This document shows positions 9,024 through 19,712 of a stretch of DNA of 64,000 nucleotides, piece after piece; position 1 is the stretch's first letter, and every line of letters begins with the position of its first letter. A program made the translations under genes and the position numbers. The stretch is from an uncultured delta proteobacterium (GTDB lineage: Bacteria; Desulfobacterota; Desulfobacteria; Desulfobacterales; JAFDCJ01), in NCBI GenBank assembly GCA_963769935.1, contig CAVYNY010000010.1:448001-512000 (forward strand). The letters run 5' to 3'. A model generated the notes under the pieces. It searched no databases and was not told the origin of the DNA. It saw only the letters and a list, made by a program, of their open reading frames with translations.

Positions 9024-9386
9024 CTATCCACCGGCAAGTTTTGCGGTAAATCCCCGATTCGTTAATTCGGTGATCAAGGTGTCCCTGTGCTCACCCTGTA
9101 TTAGGATGACGCCGTCTTTTATCGAGCCACCGGTCCCGCAGCGCCGCTTCAATTCGGCGGTAAGATTTTTTAATTCATCGGCATTCAGTTGGAAACCGGA
9201 GACTGTCGTCACGGTTTTACCTTTGCGTCCCTTAACTTCACGCTGGACCCGAATGATGCCGTCAATTTTTATGCTCGCCGGTGAGCTTGGTTTTTTCTTT
9301 TTGCAGATGCAGTCGGCAACGGGCTTTTGACAAGATTGACAGATTTTGCCTGATTCTGTTGAATACACTAATCGGGAATTATCCAT
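9024..9386 (-). CDS. yciH: SUI1-family translation factor
   Basis: RLVYST..DGIIRVQREVKGRKGKTVT..LKRRCGTGGSIKDGVILIQGEH..KLAGG. Confidence 0.95.
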   Translation of the reverse strand: MDNSRLVYSTESGKICQSCQKPVADCICKKKKPSSPASIKIDGIIRVQREVKGRKGKTVTTVSGFQLNADELKNLTAELKRRCGTGGSIKDGVILIQGEHRDTLITELTNRGFTAKLAGG

Positions 9387-10061
9387 TTATTCTATCGGTT
9401 CAATGCATGACGGGTTGTTATTGCGCGTCGAATTAACTTCCTTCGACACAGGATAGCTTGCCAATTCGGTTATAATCTCATTTTTCAATATTTCGTTCAA
9501 TTCAGCCACATTCTGATTTCCAGGATCCAGCCAGGGTTCATAAACCTGTGGTTTAAGGATGACAGGCATCCGATGATGGATATCACGTATTGAGTCACTG
9601 GCCTGGGTGGTTATGATTGTGCAGGATTTGTAAATTGGGTCTGGATCAGCCTTTTGGTTCCACGTTTCCCAGAGCCCGGCAAACGCAAATGGTTTTTTAT
9701 CCGGCAACGTAATGAACATGGGCTGCTTTTCACCCTTTGCGCCTTTCCATTCATAATATCCATCTGCGAGTATCAAGCATCTTCGTTTCTTGAAGGCGTT
9801 GCGGAAACTCGGCTTTTCGGCTACCGACTCCGCTCGAGCGTTTATCATTTTATTTCCGATAGAGACATCTTTTGCCCAGAAGGGAACAAGACCCCAGTGG
9901 AATTTATCAAGCCAATTTTCAGCATCTTTTTTAAAAATAGTGAGGATCTCTTGTGAGGGGGCAACATTGAAGTTGGAAGCGGCCTCGCAGGCCGCCTTGT
10001 CGATGGGGAAGTAGGCCTCCAGTTCCCTCAAACTGCGATATCCAACAAATCTGCCGCACAT
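9387..10061 (-). CDS. yedK: SOS response-associated peptidase (SRAP/HMCES, abasic-site crosslinking)
   Basis: MCGRF N-terminus, WGLVPFW, INARAES, RRCLILADGYYEW, IHHRMPVIL. Confidence 0.95.
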   Translation of the reverse strand: MCGRFVGYRSLRELEAYFPIDKAACEAASNFNVAPSQEILTIFKKDAENWLDKFHWGLVPFWAKDVSIGNKMINARAESVAEKPSFRNAFKKRRCLILADGYYEWKGAKGEKQPMFITLPDKKPFAFAGLWETWNQKADPDPIYKSCTIITTQASDSIRDIHHRMPVILKPQVYEPWLDPGNQNVAELNEILKNEIITELASYPVSKEVNSTRNNNPSCIEPIE

Positions 10062-10410
10062 TAAGATCACCTGTCCTTTTTGGTTTTAAATTTAATTCCT
10101 GAAATTGAAACGCACAATCAACTGAAATTATTATTATTTAATTATCGAACCCGGATTTGGTTGTCAAGGCACATTTTTATCAGACGAAAATTTGGGTAAG
10201 GCAACCTTCCTATCACATCAGCACCCGTGACACCTACTGGATACTTCCAGGTTATGCATGCCATATTAAGTTGAAAAAATGCTTATGGAATCCATTTAAT
10301 AGACGATAAATATAAGCAAGTCCCAATGTATATTTTTAGGAGCTGAGCTGACAAAGTTTTTACCGGCCTGCCAGGAACATTGCTAAATGACTTCAGACTG
10401 ATGGAATAAA

Positions 10411-11535
10411 ATGAGTTCCACCGAAATCGCTTTCAAAGTAGTTTATGAAACCAACTGCCCATTTTACAAGGCAGACGACGAATTCAAATTGTCGGGTAAT
10501 GCACTGTCTCTGGAACTCGATAGAGAAAACACGTTCATCTCGACCGCTATTGTCAGATTCCCAAATCATAGGACTGCCTGCCGTATTTTAATCGCTGACC
10601 TCATAAGTGTTCTGATCCAATACAAAAATATCGATAAAATTCCTCCAGTTGAAATGGAGTGCAGCGGTTGCAGCGGACTTATTCGAGTGCAAATGGGTAA
10701 TGAAAAGCACTTCAAGCCCCTGGCCGTCACGGACAGCGCATCCGAAAGACTGGATCTCGTCGCAAGCCTGTTAAGCAATTTTTCCATTTTCGAATCGGTT
10801 GACGAGTTCAATCTCAGAACCATTGTTTCTCTTCTAAAAATCAAAAAATATCCCAAGGGGTCGATTGTATTGAGAAAAGGAGCGCCGGCTCAAAATTTTT
10901 ATATTATACTGTCCGGCACGGCCGAAGTTTTGGATGATAGAGGTGCTTGTCTTTCCAGACTTTCCAAGAGTGACGTCTTTGGGGAGATGAGTTTGATCAG
11001 CGGTGATCCTATCGGCGCCACGATCAAAGTGGTGGAATCCGCCACCATTTTGGCTATTGAGGGATCGGATTTCCGAGAAATATTGAATAAATTCCCATCC
11101 GTTCAAATGTACCTGGCCAAGATATTGACCAAACGGCTGGCAAAATCAAATGTCCAGAGAGCTGAAGAGATTACATCCGGAATGTCAGGCGACCTATCTC
11201 AAATGTCAGCTGGGGAATTGCTGCAAGCACTCGACTTATCTCAGAAAACCGGTATTTTGATATTAACTCTTCCAAACGGCTCGGCCCAATTGCTATTAGA
11301 CCGCGGCAATCTGATACGGGCGGACTATGGCAATAAGGTCGGAAAAGACGCAGTTTTTGAAATTCTGAAAGAAAGGAAAGGTCGATTTAAATTTAGTTCC
11401 AATTTGCCCGAAACTCAATTGGATGCCCCTAAGATAGGTTCTCTAATGGAAATCCTTCTGGACGCTGCGAGAATGATCGATGAAGAGGCTTGCGTTGACG
11501 AGCACGGTTCATCACATGGCGCCGCGCATGTTTAA
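10411..11535 (+). CDS. Cyclic-nucleotide-binding domain plus DUF4388 protein
   Basis: FYIILSG..FGEMSLISG cNMP motif; C-terminal MSGDLSQMSAGELLQAL..KTGIL..GRFKF (DUF4388/PatA-N); Cys-containing N-terminus. Confidence 0.85.
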   Translation: MSSTEIAFKVVYETNCPFYKADDEFKLSGNALSLELDRENTFISTAIVRFPNHRTACRILIADLISVLIQYKNIDKIPPVEMECSGCSGLIRVQMGNEKHFKPLAVTDSASERLDLVASLLSNFSIFESVDEFNLRTIVSLLKIKKYPKGSIVLRKGAPAQNFYIILSGTAEVLDDRGACLSRLSKSDVFGEMSLISGDPIGATIKVVESATILAIEGSDFREILNKFPSVQMYLAKILTKRLAKSNVQRAEEITSGMSGDLSQMSAGELLQALDLSQKTGILILTLPNGSAQLLLDRGNLIRADYGNKVGKDAVFEILKERKGRFKFSSNLPETQLDAPKIGSLMEILLDAARMIDEEACVDEHGSSHGAAHV

Positions 11536-11753
11536 AACCTAAAAGATCCCAATTTTCACAACCTTTAAAGTGAACATTAAATTTTACCCGCCCCTCGTAG
11601 CGTCGGGGTTAATATCCCTGCCCGGTCAAATGACCGGGTCGTCTTTAAAGATCGCTTTGCGCTTCATTCCACGAACGATGTGTGATGCAGGCCAGGAGAG
11701 AAGCACCTAAGCCGATTCTACGCAGATATCTTGGCATCTAACAGATACAGATG

Positions 11754-11787
11754 AAAAAAAAGCAGAGCGAAAAATACGCCCTGCTTT
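11754..11787 (-). terminator. Rho-independent terminator (possibly bidirectional)
   Basis: Minus strand AAAGCAGGGCG-loop-CGCTCTGCT followed by a T run. Confidence 0.55.
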
Positions 11788-11952
11788 GAATTAATTATTA
11801 ATTAAGGTAGGATTTATTCAATCAAATCAATTTTCAAGCATATTTTATTAGATATCATCCCAGGCCATGGTTCCCAAATCCCTTTCGCAAAGATCATCAC
11901 CATCAATGTCAGCCGCTAGACTGCAATTTAAATTATCAATGGCAGCTATTTT

Positions 11953-12345
11953 TTACTTTTGTTTCCAAACTGCCGGTTTTAGAAAGGAAGATGCCGACCG
12001 GCTTAGTGTAAAAGACTCATCTTTGAAATCTATAGTTCCGCCGGAAACTTTTGGGTCGCCTGAATTCCAGGAATAGTTGAGACCAAGGCCATAATTTATT
12101 TCGCCAAAAATTTTTGCATCGCTTACAAAACCACTTGTTGAGATTTTAGAATCTGCCCAGGTAAGGCTCTCTCTCGCATTAATTTCAGATACTGCTGTTT
12201 CAATAGCTTTTTTTCTGGCATTTACTTCTAAATCAACGTACCGCGGCACGGCAACAGCAGCCAATACGCCTAAAATAACCAAGACAGCGATAATCTCAAT
12301 CAGCGTGAAACCCGTATCCGTTAGCAGCAACTTTTGTCTGAGCAT
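11953..12345 (-). CDS. Type IV pilin / prepilin-type protein, copy 1
   Basis: G|FTLIE motif with hydrophobic helix IIAVLVILGVLAAVAVPRY. Confidence 0.9.
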   Translation of the reverse strand: MLRQKLLLTDTGFTLIEIIAVLVILGVLAAVAVPRYVDLEVNARKKAIETAVSEINARESLTWADSKISTSGFVSDAKIFGEINYGLGLNYSWNSGDPKVSGGTIDFKDESFTLSRSASSFLKPAVWKQK

Positions 12346-12966
12346 AGATTTAAATAAATAATGAACGCGGCAATGCCTGAAATAGAATAAATATAGTATA
12401 AAAGTATTTTTAACTCGATTCCCCTCTTTTCCAAAAGAGAAGCCTCTCCGCCTCCTTTTTAAGGCGACTTGATTTTTAGTGGAGTCTTTTCCTTTTCATC
12501 CGAGGCTCCCCCCTTGGCATAGCCATTCATTGGCATAACCGGGCAAAATCACCATGGCGATGTGCAAAAATCATGCAGAATCGGGTCATTAATAGCGATC
12601 TTGAAATATCAGTAGGTTATGGCTTGATAAGAATAATTATTAATTATATTTATGGCTTAAAAGCCATAATCCCTAGGAAATAAATTTCACAGCTGTAGGA
12701 ATCGGCGGCCGGCATCGAGCGGAATACGCAAAAACACATTGTGAATGTAAAATAACGATATAACCGTCGCGAAACACAAAAAAGAAAAAGAGAGACTGGG
12801 CAGCGATAAGATTTCCCCTATAAACAATCAGTCCGGGATGTGTTGCCTTGCATGCCGCATATTTTAATGAAATCGACCGCCAAGGATGCACGAGGTTGAA
12901 CGATTTCGAAAATAAGGGTATAAGAAAATATCATTGTCTGGGAATTCAATGCTTAAAGGGGGATAC

Positions 12967-13221
12967 ATGGATGGATTAGTTGTAATTATCGCTGCTGGTA
13001 TCGGGCTTTTGTTTCTGACTTTTATCGTATTGTTTGTTTGTTCAATCGTCATGAAATGGAACACGGCATTCAAAATATATTTTGGTTGCGCGGTTTTTTT
13101 GTTTTCTCATCTGCTGCTGTTTTATCTTGTGACTTTTGCTGAGAATATCCCCTTGCCATCAATTTTAACAAAATATTCTTTTGGCATATTGAATTTGATG
13201 GCAAAATTGCTTCCCATTTAA
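12967..13221 (+). CDS. Small membrane protein
   Basis: AGGGGGA RBS; two to three hydrophobic segments. Confidence 0.6.
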   Translation: MDGLVVIIAAGIGLLFLTFIVLFVCSIVMKWNTAFKIYFGCAVFLFSHLLLFYLVTFAENIPLPSILTKYSFGILNLMAKLLPI

Positions 13222-13247
13222 ATATGTAAAGATTTTGGAGAGATACG

Positions 13248-13760
13248 ATGCTCAAAAAAATCATTTCAGGAGGCCAGCCCGGTGTTGAGATGGCTTCCCT
13301 AGATGCCGCCCTAAAACTGGATATTCCACATGCAGGGTGGACTTATAAAAGGAAAAGAGCAGAAAACGGCGTATTGCTGGAGCAGTACGACTTAAAAACT
13401 ATAGATGTACCAAGCTACCATGTCAGGCTGGAGAAAAACATCATAAATTCTGATGGCACGATTATCCTTACTCATGGGCAATTGATAATTGGATCAAAAA
13501 TCATCAAAGACTTGGCAAAAAAACATAATAAGCCTTGTCTGTATATAGATCTTACCGAATGCGCTCTCAACCATGCTATATCATCGATTCGTAAATGGAT
13601 TCTCAACAATGAAATTGAGGCAGTCTACTTTACAGGTTCAAAGGCGGTTGGTCAATCCAGCGTATATGAAGAGACGATTCGGATAATCGAAGGTATTGTT
13701 ATGGTCGAAAGAGAGCAAGAAAGGCTGCCCGGGTTTCAACAAAAAGATGCTCCGTCTTGA
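13248..13760 (+). CDS. Putative molybdenum-carrier (MoCo_carrier/SLOG) family protein
   Basis: KKIISGGQxG..LDAAL..GW; NIINSDGTII; GS..K.A.KHNKP motifs. Confidence 0.8.
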   Translation: MLKKIISGGQPGVEMASLDAALKLDIPHAGWTYKRKRAENGVLLEQYDLKTIDVPSYHVRLEKNIINSDGTIILTHGQLIIGSKIIKDLAKKHNKPCLYIDLTECALNHAISSIRKWILNNEIEAVYFTGSKAVGQSSVYEETIRIIEGIVMVEREQERLPGFQQKDAPS

Positions 13761-13818
13761 AGATTTAAAAAAGATATTCACTTTAAACGACCGCGGCAGA
13801 ATATTGGAATAGTATTTT

Positions 13819-14211
13819 TTACTTTTGTTTCCAAACCGCCGATTTTAGAGAGGAAGATGGCGACCGACTTAGTGAGAGAGACGCGCCTTTGAAACCTAAA
13901 CTTCCGCCGGAAACTTTTGGATCGCCTGAATTCCAAGAATAGTTGGGATCAAGGCTATAATTTATTTTACCAAAAATTTTTGCATCGCTTACATAACCAC
14001 TTGTTGATATTTTAGAATCTGCCCAAGCAAGGTTCTCTCTGGCATTAATTTCAGATATTACTGTTTCAATAGCTTTTTGTCCGGCATTTTCTTCTAAATC
14101 AATGTACCGCGGCGCAGCAACAGCAGCTAATACACCTAAAATAACCAAGACCGCGATAATCTCGATCAGTGTGAAGCCCGTTTCGTTTAGAAGTAACTCT
14201 AGTTTGAGCAT
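13819..14211 (-). CDS. Type IV pilin / prepilin-type protein, copy 2
   Basis: G|FTLIE; colinear 130-aa paralog of 11953-12345. Confidence 0.9.
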   Translation of the reverse strand: MLKLELLLNETGFTLIEIIAVLVILGVLAAVAAPRYIDLEENAGQKAIETVISEINARENLAWADSKISTSGYVSDAKIFGKINYSLDPNYSWNSGDPKVSGGSLGFKGASLSLSRSPSSSLKSAVWKQK

Positions 14212-14554
14212 GAATTTAAATAATTAGTATTAATCCTGAGCAAATAACCGATGTATTGTTATTTTATGTAATTTTTGGTAACGATACTAACAGCATACCG
14301 AAAAAATTCTAATAATGCAATTCCGAAAAATAACCAATTAAAAATCAGTACAATACCGGTAATATTTATGATGGGCGGGCCACGGCAGGCGGCATTGTGA
14401 AACATCTCCCAAAAAAGCCATGGAACGATCTTCTAAAAAACAGGTTACCAACAATAGTCGGTGGGAAAGAAAATTTAAAGCGCTTGTTCGTTTCAAGAAA
14501 AAATACTGAATTTCCATAACCCGCTGTTCTTTTTTGAATTTTTCAAACAATTCG

Positions 14555-15667
14555 TCAATACATGCGGCGGCGAAAGAGCCAGGACGCGATACTGAGGGTA
14601 ACGATGCCGATGACGGCCAGCGGCCAAAACTGGTCGATGAGCAAGTGAAAGGGCGTGCCTTCCAGAAAGACTCCGCGCACGATTACCATGAAGTAACGCA
14701 TGGGATTGACCAGCGTTAGTTTCTGAACAATGGGCGGCATGTTGAGAATAGGGGTGGCAAATCCGGAAAGAATAATGGACGGAACTAGGAACATAAAAGC
14801 CCCCAGCAACCCCTGCTGCTGGGTTACCGAAAGCGATGAGATCATCAGTCCCACGCCGATGGCTGAAAGCAAAAACAAAAAAAGCCCGGTATACAGTGCC
14901 GGCAGGCTTCCCAGCAACGGAACCTGAAACCAGAAAACCGCCATCAGCAATGATAACCGTCGCTTCGACCGTACCGATGATAAATCCCGGCATCGCTTTG
15001 CCGATCAGAATCTCCCACGGGTGATAGGGCGTAACCAGCAATTGATCAAAGGTTCCCTGCTCGCGTTCGCGGGCCACCGACAGCGCTGTGACCAGCATGG
15101 TCACCACCAGCGTCAGCAGCCCGACGATGCCCGGCACGATAAACCAGCGGCTGACCAGGTTGGGGTTGAACCATGAGCGCACCACCAGGCGTGCCGGCGG
15201 TCCGGGCATGTCGTTTTCCGCGGCCCACTGCACGTTAAAATCATCGACAATTTTTTGCACATACCCCATGGCCAGCATGGCCGTGTTGGAATCGCGGCCA
15301 TCGAGGATGATTTGCACCGGCGCTGTTTTCCCGGTTTGCAGATCGCGGCTGAAGCGGGGCCCGATGTGCACCACCAGCAGTACTTGTTTGCTGTCGATCA
15401 GCGGGGCAATCTGATCATCGTGGCGTGATGGTGGCGACTTCGTTAAAGTTGGCTGATCCGCGAAAGCGGGCCACCAGCTCCCGCGAGGCTTCTCCGGGGG
15501 CTTTCATTGTAAACCGCAAATGGGACATTGGTGAGATCAAAGGTGGCGGCATACCCGAACACGAGAAGCTGGACCACAGGCGGTCCAATAATCACAAAGC
15601 GACTTTTGGGGTCTTTGAGCAGCGCCAGAAACTCCTTGATGATCAAAGCAATGATTCGTGATGCCAT
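14555..15667 (-). CDS. ybhR: ABC-2 exporter permease (frameshifted in this assembly)
   Basis: Three consecutive ORF pieces (15443-15667, 14493-15374, 14555-14950): KEFLALLKDP, AREREQGTFDQLLVTP, LSGFATPILNMP. Confidence 0.85.
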
Positions 15668-15677
15668 TAACAGCTTC

Positions 15678-16848
15678 CTAATCCAGTCGTTTACGGGTTT
15701 TTTTTCGCGTCAGGCCGATGAAAATCGTCGCCATGACCATCAGAGCCAGGGCGTTGGGCACATATTACATGCCAGACATCGCCCGCCAGAAATACGGTTT
15801 GCAGAATCGCAGACAAAGTAGCGCGCCGGGATGAGGTAGGTGATGGCGCTGGATGGCCGGCGGCATGCTGCCGATATCGAAAATAAATCCAGACAGGATA
15901 AACGCCGGCAGAAAGGTGGTAATGATGGCCACCTGTCCGGCAACAAATTGATTTCTGGCCATCGTCGAAATCAGCAGCCCCATCCCGAGAGCCGTCAGCA
16001 AAAACAGCGATGTTCCCAGTCAAAAGTACCCAGATCGACCCGCGCAGCGGAACCTTAAACTGCCAGACGGCCATGATAACGGACAGGGCCATGCCGCCCA
16101 TGCCCAGGATAAAATAGGGTACAATTTTTCCGATCAGAATTTCACGAATGGTGACGGGCGTGACCATCAGGGCCTCCATGGTGCCGCGTTCCCACTCCCG
16201 GGCCATCAGCAGAGCGGTTAACAGCGCGCCGATCAGGGTCATGATAACCGCCACCAATCCGGGCACCAGAAAATTGCGGCTGCGAAGATTGCTGTTGAAC
16301 CAGACGCGTTGCTCGATACGCACCGGGATGTTCAGTGGCCGGCCCCTTGCAACGGCATAGTCTTCAAGCCAATTACCGTACACGCCTTCTACGTAGCCTT
16401 CAATGATGCGGGCCGTGTTGGCGTCAACGCCGTTGACGATCAGTTGAATGGCGGCGTTATCGGGCGACCGCAACCGGCGTGAAAAATCCTCCCGCAGATG
16501 AACAATGGCGATGATGCGATGGGCTGCCAGGGCCTGCAGGGCCGCGTGCATCCCGTGCAGGTAAACCGGTTCAAAGTAGTGGGACTGTTCAAACGCTCCG
16601 CAAAGGCTGGCAGTATCCGGCGTTGGTTTTTCAACTACCAGTGCCAGCGGTACGTGTTCGGCGTCCAGCGAGACCCCGTATCCAAACAGTAAAAGCAGGA
16701 CCACGGGCAATACGAAGGCGATGCCCAAGCTACTGGGGTCACGAAAGGCCTGCAGAAACTCCTTGCGTATCAGGCCGCGCAGGCGCATAAGTGTGCGGCT
16801 TCTCGTTGACGGCCCGGCCCCGGGTGGGCTATTGTAATATGGCGTCAT
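15678..16848 (-). CDS. ybhS: ABC-2 exporter permease (frameshifted in this assembly)
   Basis: [30 protein letters not shown]-terminus continues in other frames to ..RKRLD* at 15678. Confidence 0.85.
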
Positions 16849-18656
16849 GGGGTCTTTCCCGCCTCCTGTGACTGAATAACATGGATAAACGCGTCTTCCA
16901 TGGTCGGTGCGGGGCTGTCAGTTGAACGCGCCTGCTCTTTGATTTCCGACGGTGTCCCCAGAGCGAGGATTTCACCGGCCACCATGATCGCCATACGGTC
17001 GCAATACTCGGCTTCTTCCATGAAGTGGGTGGTGACCATGACCGTCACGTTTTGAGCGGCCAGCGCGTTGATGCGATGCCAGAACTCGCGGCGGGCCAGG
17101 GGATCCACACCGGAGGTGGGTTCATCGAGAAACAGGATATCGGGCTCGTGCATCAGCGCACAGGCCAGCGCCAGGCGCTGCTTGTAACCCAACGGCAGGG
17201 TCGCGCTGGTGGCGTCGAGCACGGGCGCAAGTTCAAACTGTTCGATAGCCCACTGAATGCGGGCGGTCCGGCGGTGGCCTTTCAGCCCGTAGGCGCTGCT
17301 GAAAAACTGCAGGTTTTGTCCCACACTGAGATTGCCGTAAAGGGAAAACTTCTGTGACATATAGCCGATTTTCGCCCGCGCCGCCGCCGCCGTGCGGCGG
17401 ACATCCACGCCGGCGATATGCAGGCTGCCCGCGCTGGCCGGCAGCAGGCCGCAAAGCATGCGAAAGGTCGTGGTTTTGCCCGCGCCGTTGGCCCCCAGCA
17501 GCCCGAATACCTCCCCTGTCCGGACGTTAAAACTTACACCTTTGACCGCATAAAAATCACCGAACCGGCGCTGCACGCCGCGTACCTCGATGATGAAATC
17601 TTCGGATTTGTTTTTGGTACCCCTGCGGGAGGAAAGCGATGGTATTGCAGCCGGAGACCGATTGGCTTTTTTTTGCCTGCGCTCGCCCAGCATGGCCACA
17701 AAACCGTCTTCAAAGCGCGGGGCAACCGCCTGCAGTTCAGCGCCATCAACCCCCGGCAGCAGTTTTTCCACCGCCGGCGTTGTTTGCGGCGCCAGCACCA
17801 GCCGCACGCCATCGCCCTGGATGACCGCATCGGTCACACCGGGTGTGACGGCCAGTTTTTCCTGTAAATGGCGATTTTTCATGCCGGAGGCCCGTACTTT
17901 AAAGGTTCGGCCCGCCAGCGGATCGCTGAAGGCTGCCGGAGGTCCATTGCCGAGTAGTTGGCCTTCGTAGAGAATGATCACCTCGTTGCAGCGTTCGGCC
18001 TCATCCAGGTAGGCGGTGCTCAGCAGCACGGTCGTTCCCTCCTGGTGCACGAAACGATCGACGATCTGCCACAACTCGCGGCGCGATACCGGGTCGACTC
18101 CCACGGTGGGTTCGTCAAGCAGCAGCAATTGCGGAGGTTGCACCAGCGTGCAGGCCAGCCCCAGTTTTTGTTTCATGCCGCCGGACAACCGCCCGGCCCG
18201 GCGCGAAGTAAAGGGTTCCAGGCCGGTCATGCGCATTAATTCCCGGTAGCGCCCGGGGCGCAGCTTTTTGACAACGCCTTGCAGATCAGCATAAAGGTCA
18301 AGGTTTTCCTGGACGGTCAGGTCTTCGTACAAACCGAATCGTTGGGGCATATATCCGACGGCCGCCTGTATGGATAGTGCATCCTGAACAATATCCATTC
18401 CCAGCACGTCGCCTTGTCCTGAGTCCGGCGGCAGCAGCCCGGCTGCCAGCCGCATCAGGGTTGTCTTGCCGGCCCCGTCGGGGCCGATCAAACCCGTGAT
18501 ACTTCCCCGTCGCAGGCGCAGGCTGATTTCATGCAGGGCCTCGATCCGGCGCCGCCCGGACTCAAAACTTCTGGTGACCGAGCGAAAGGTGAGAACGGCA
18601 TCGGCTTCCCCGGCACGGTTTGCATCGTTCGGATTTCCTATTGTAGGTGCCATCAC
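16845..18656 (-). CDS. ybhF: Dual-ATPase ABC subunit
   Basis: Two Walker A motifs (GPDGAGKT, GANGAGKT), LSGGMKQK, DEPT x2. Confidence 0.95.
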   Translation of the reverse strand: MMAPTIGNPNDANRAGEADAVLTFRSVTRSFESGRRRIEALHEISLRLRRGSITGLIGPDGAGKTTLMRLAAGLLPPDSGQGDVLGMDIVQDALSIQAAVGYMPQRFGLYEDLTVQENLDLYADLQGVVKKLRPGRYRELMRMTGLEPFTSRRAGRLSGGMKQKLGLACTLVQPPQLLLLDEPTVGVDPVSRRELWQIVDRFVHQEGTTVLLSTAYLDEAERCNEVIILYEGQLLGNGPPAAFSDPLAGRTFKVRASGMKNRHLQEKLAVTPGVTDAVIQGDGVRLVLAPQTTPAVEKLLPGVDGAELQAVAPRFEDGFVAMLGERRQKKANRSPAAIPSLSSRRGTKNKSEDFIIEVRGVQRRFGDFYAVKGVSFNVRTGEVFGLLGANGAGKTTTFRMLCGLLPASAGSLHIAGVDVRRTAAAARAKIGYMSQKFSLYGNLSVGQNLQFFSSAYGLKGHRRTARIQWAIEQFELAPVLDATSATLPLGYKQRLALACALMHEPDILFLDEPTSGVDPLARREFWHRINALAAQNVTVMVTTHFMEEAEYCDRMAIMVAGEILALGTPSEIKEQARSTDSPAPTMEDAFIHVIQSQEAGKTP

Positions 18657-19712
18657 GAGCCGGACCCACCACCGGTATCGGGGTTGCGCGGTTGACTATT
18701 TTCCGGAAGGCTCTGATCGAGTTGAATCCTAACGGTAGCCGGCATGCCGAGGCGCAATTCGTCTTGCGGATTTTTGACGAAAATTCGCACCTGGTAAACA
18801 AGCCGGGTTCGGATTTCCGGGGTTTCCACGGGTTTGGGGGTAAACTCAGCCGTGGGCGAGATAAAGCCTACCCAGCCAGTGTAGCGTTTGCCCGGGAAAC
18901 TGTCGGTTGCCACTTGGGCTTTCATTCCTTCGCGAATTTTTCCCAGATCCGGCTCCGGCACATAGGCTCGCACCCAGAGCGGATCGGTCAAGGCGATGGT
19001 AAAAACCGGTTTTTGCGGTGAGGCCATGTCTCCGATTTCAAGGATTCGATCTCTGAATAATCCCGGCGCTGGGGGCATATAGAAAAGCGTTTTTCAGGTC
19101 ACGTCGTATCAGCCCGAGTTGGGCTTCGTAACGTTTCAGCAACGCCTTGGCGCCTGCGATATCTTCCTTGCGTGGCCCGGCAAGAGCCAGATCCAGCAGC
19201 GCTTTAGCCGCATTGAGCCGGGCGATGGCCGAGTTTTCAGCCGCGCGGGCATCGTCGAGCTGCTGCACGGAGGCGGCCTGCTGGGGAACCAGGCTCTTAA
19301 CGCGCCGGTAGGTTCGTTTGGCATCATCCAGTGCCGCTTCGGCGACGGCCACATCCGCCCGGGCCTTTCGAATTTCCTCGGCTCGTGTGCCCGCCTCGAG
19401 CCGGGCTACCACCTGCTGCTGGGTATTTACCTGGGCTTCATCACGGGCGACGGCCAGTTCAAAACGCTCGGTTTCCAGTTTTGCGAGCAGCTGTCCCTTT
19501 TTGATGCGGTCGCCTTCTTCCACCAGTAATTCGGCAATACGCTCACTGTCGTTAAAGGCCAGCTCCACCTGGCGAATATCGACATTGCCGTATAATACCA
19601 ACGCATCGGCCGGGCCTTTCTGCCGGTTGGACTCCCACAACCAGAAGCCGAAGCCGATAGCACCCAGCATCACTAAGACCAATATGAAACGAAGCTTTTT
19701 TTTGTTGGCCAC
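18653..19712 (-). CDS. ybhG: HlyD-family membrane fusion protein (one frameshift near 19050)
   Basis: LYGNVDIRQVELAF.. then ..ISPTAEFTPKPVET..LRLGMP in an adjacent frame. Confidence 0.9.

Noticed and set aside
12420..12560. GGA-rich leader upstream of pilin 1 as a Csr-type sRNA or riboswitch
   Set aside because: No repeated GGA hairpin loops or recognisable riboswitch core; an Rfam scan would be needed.
14493..19078. Multiple frameshifts in ybhG/S/R as pseudogenisation or programmed frameshifting
   Set aside because: The pieces are otherwise well conserved and similar 1-nt indels recur at 54.9 kb and 61.4-64 kb, consistent with unpolished long-read errors. Cannot be fully excluded without reads.
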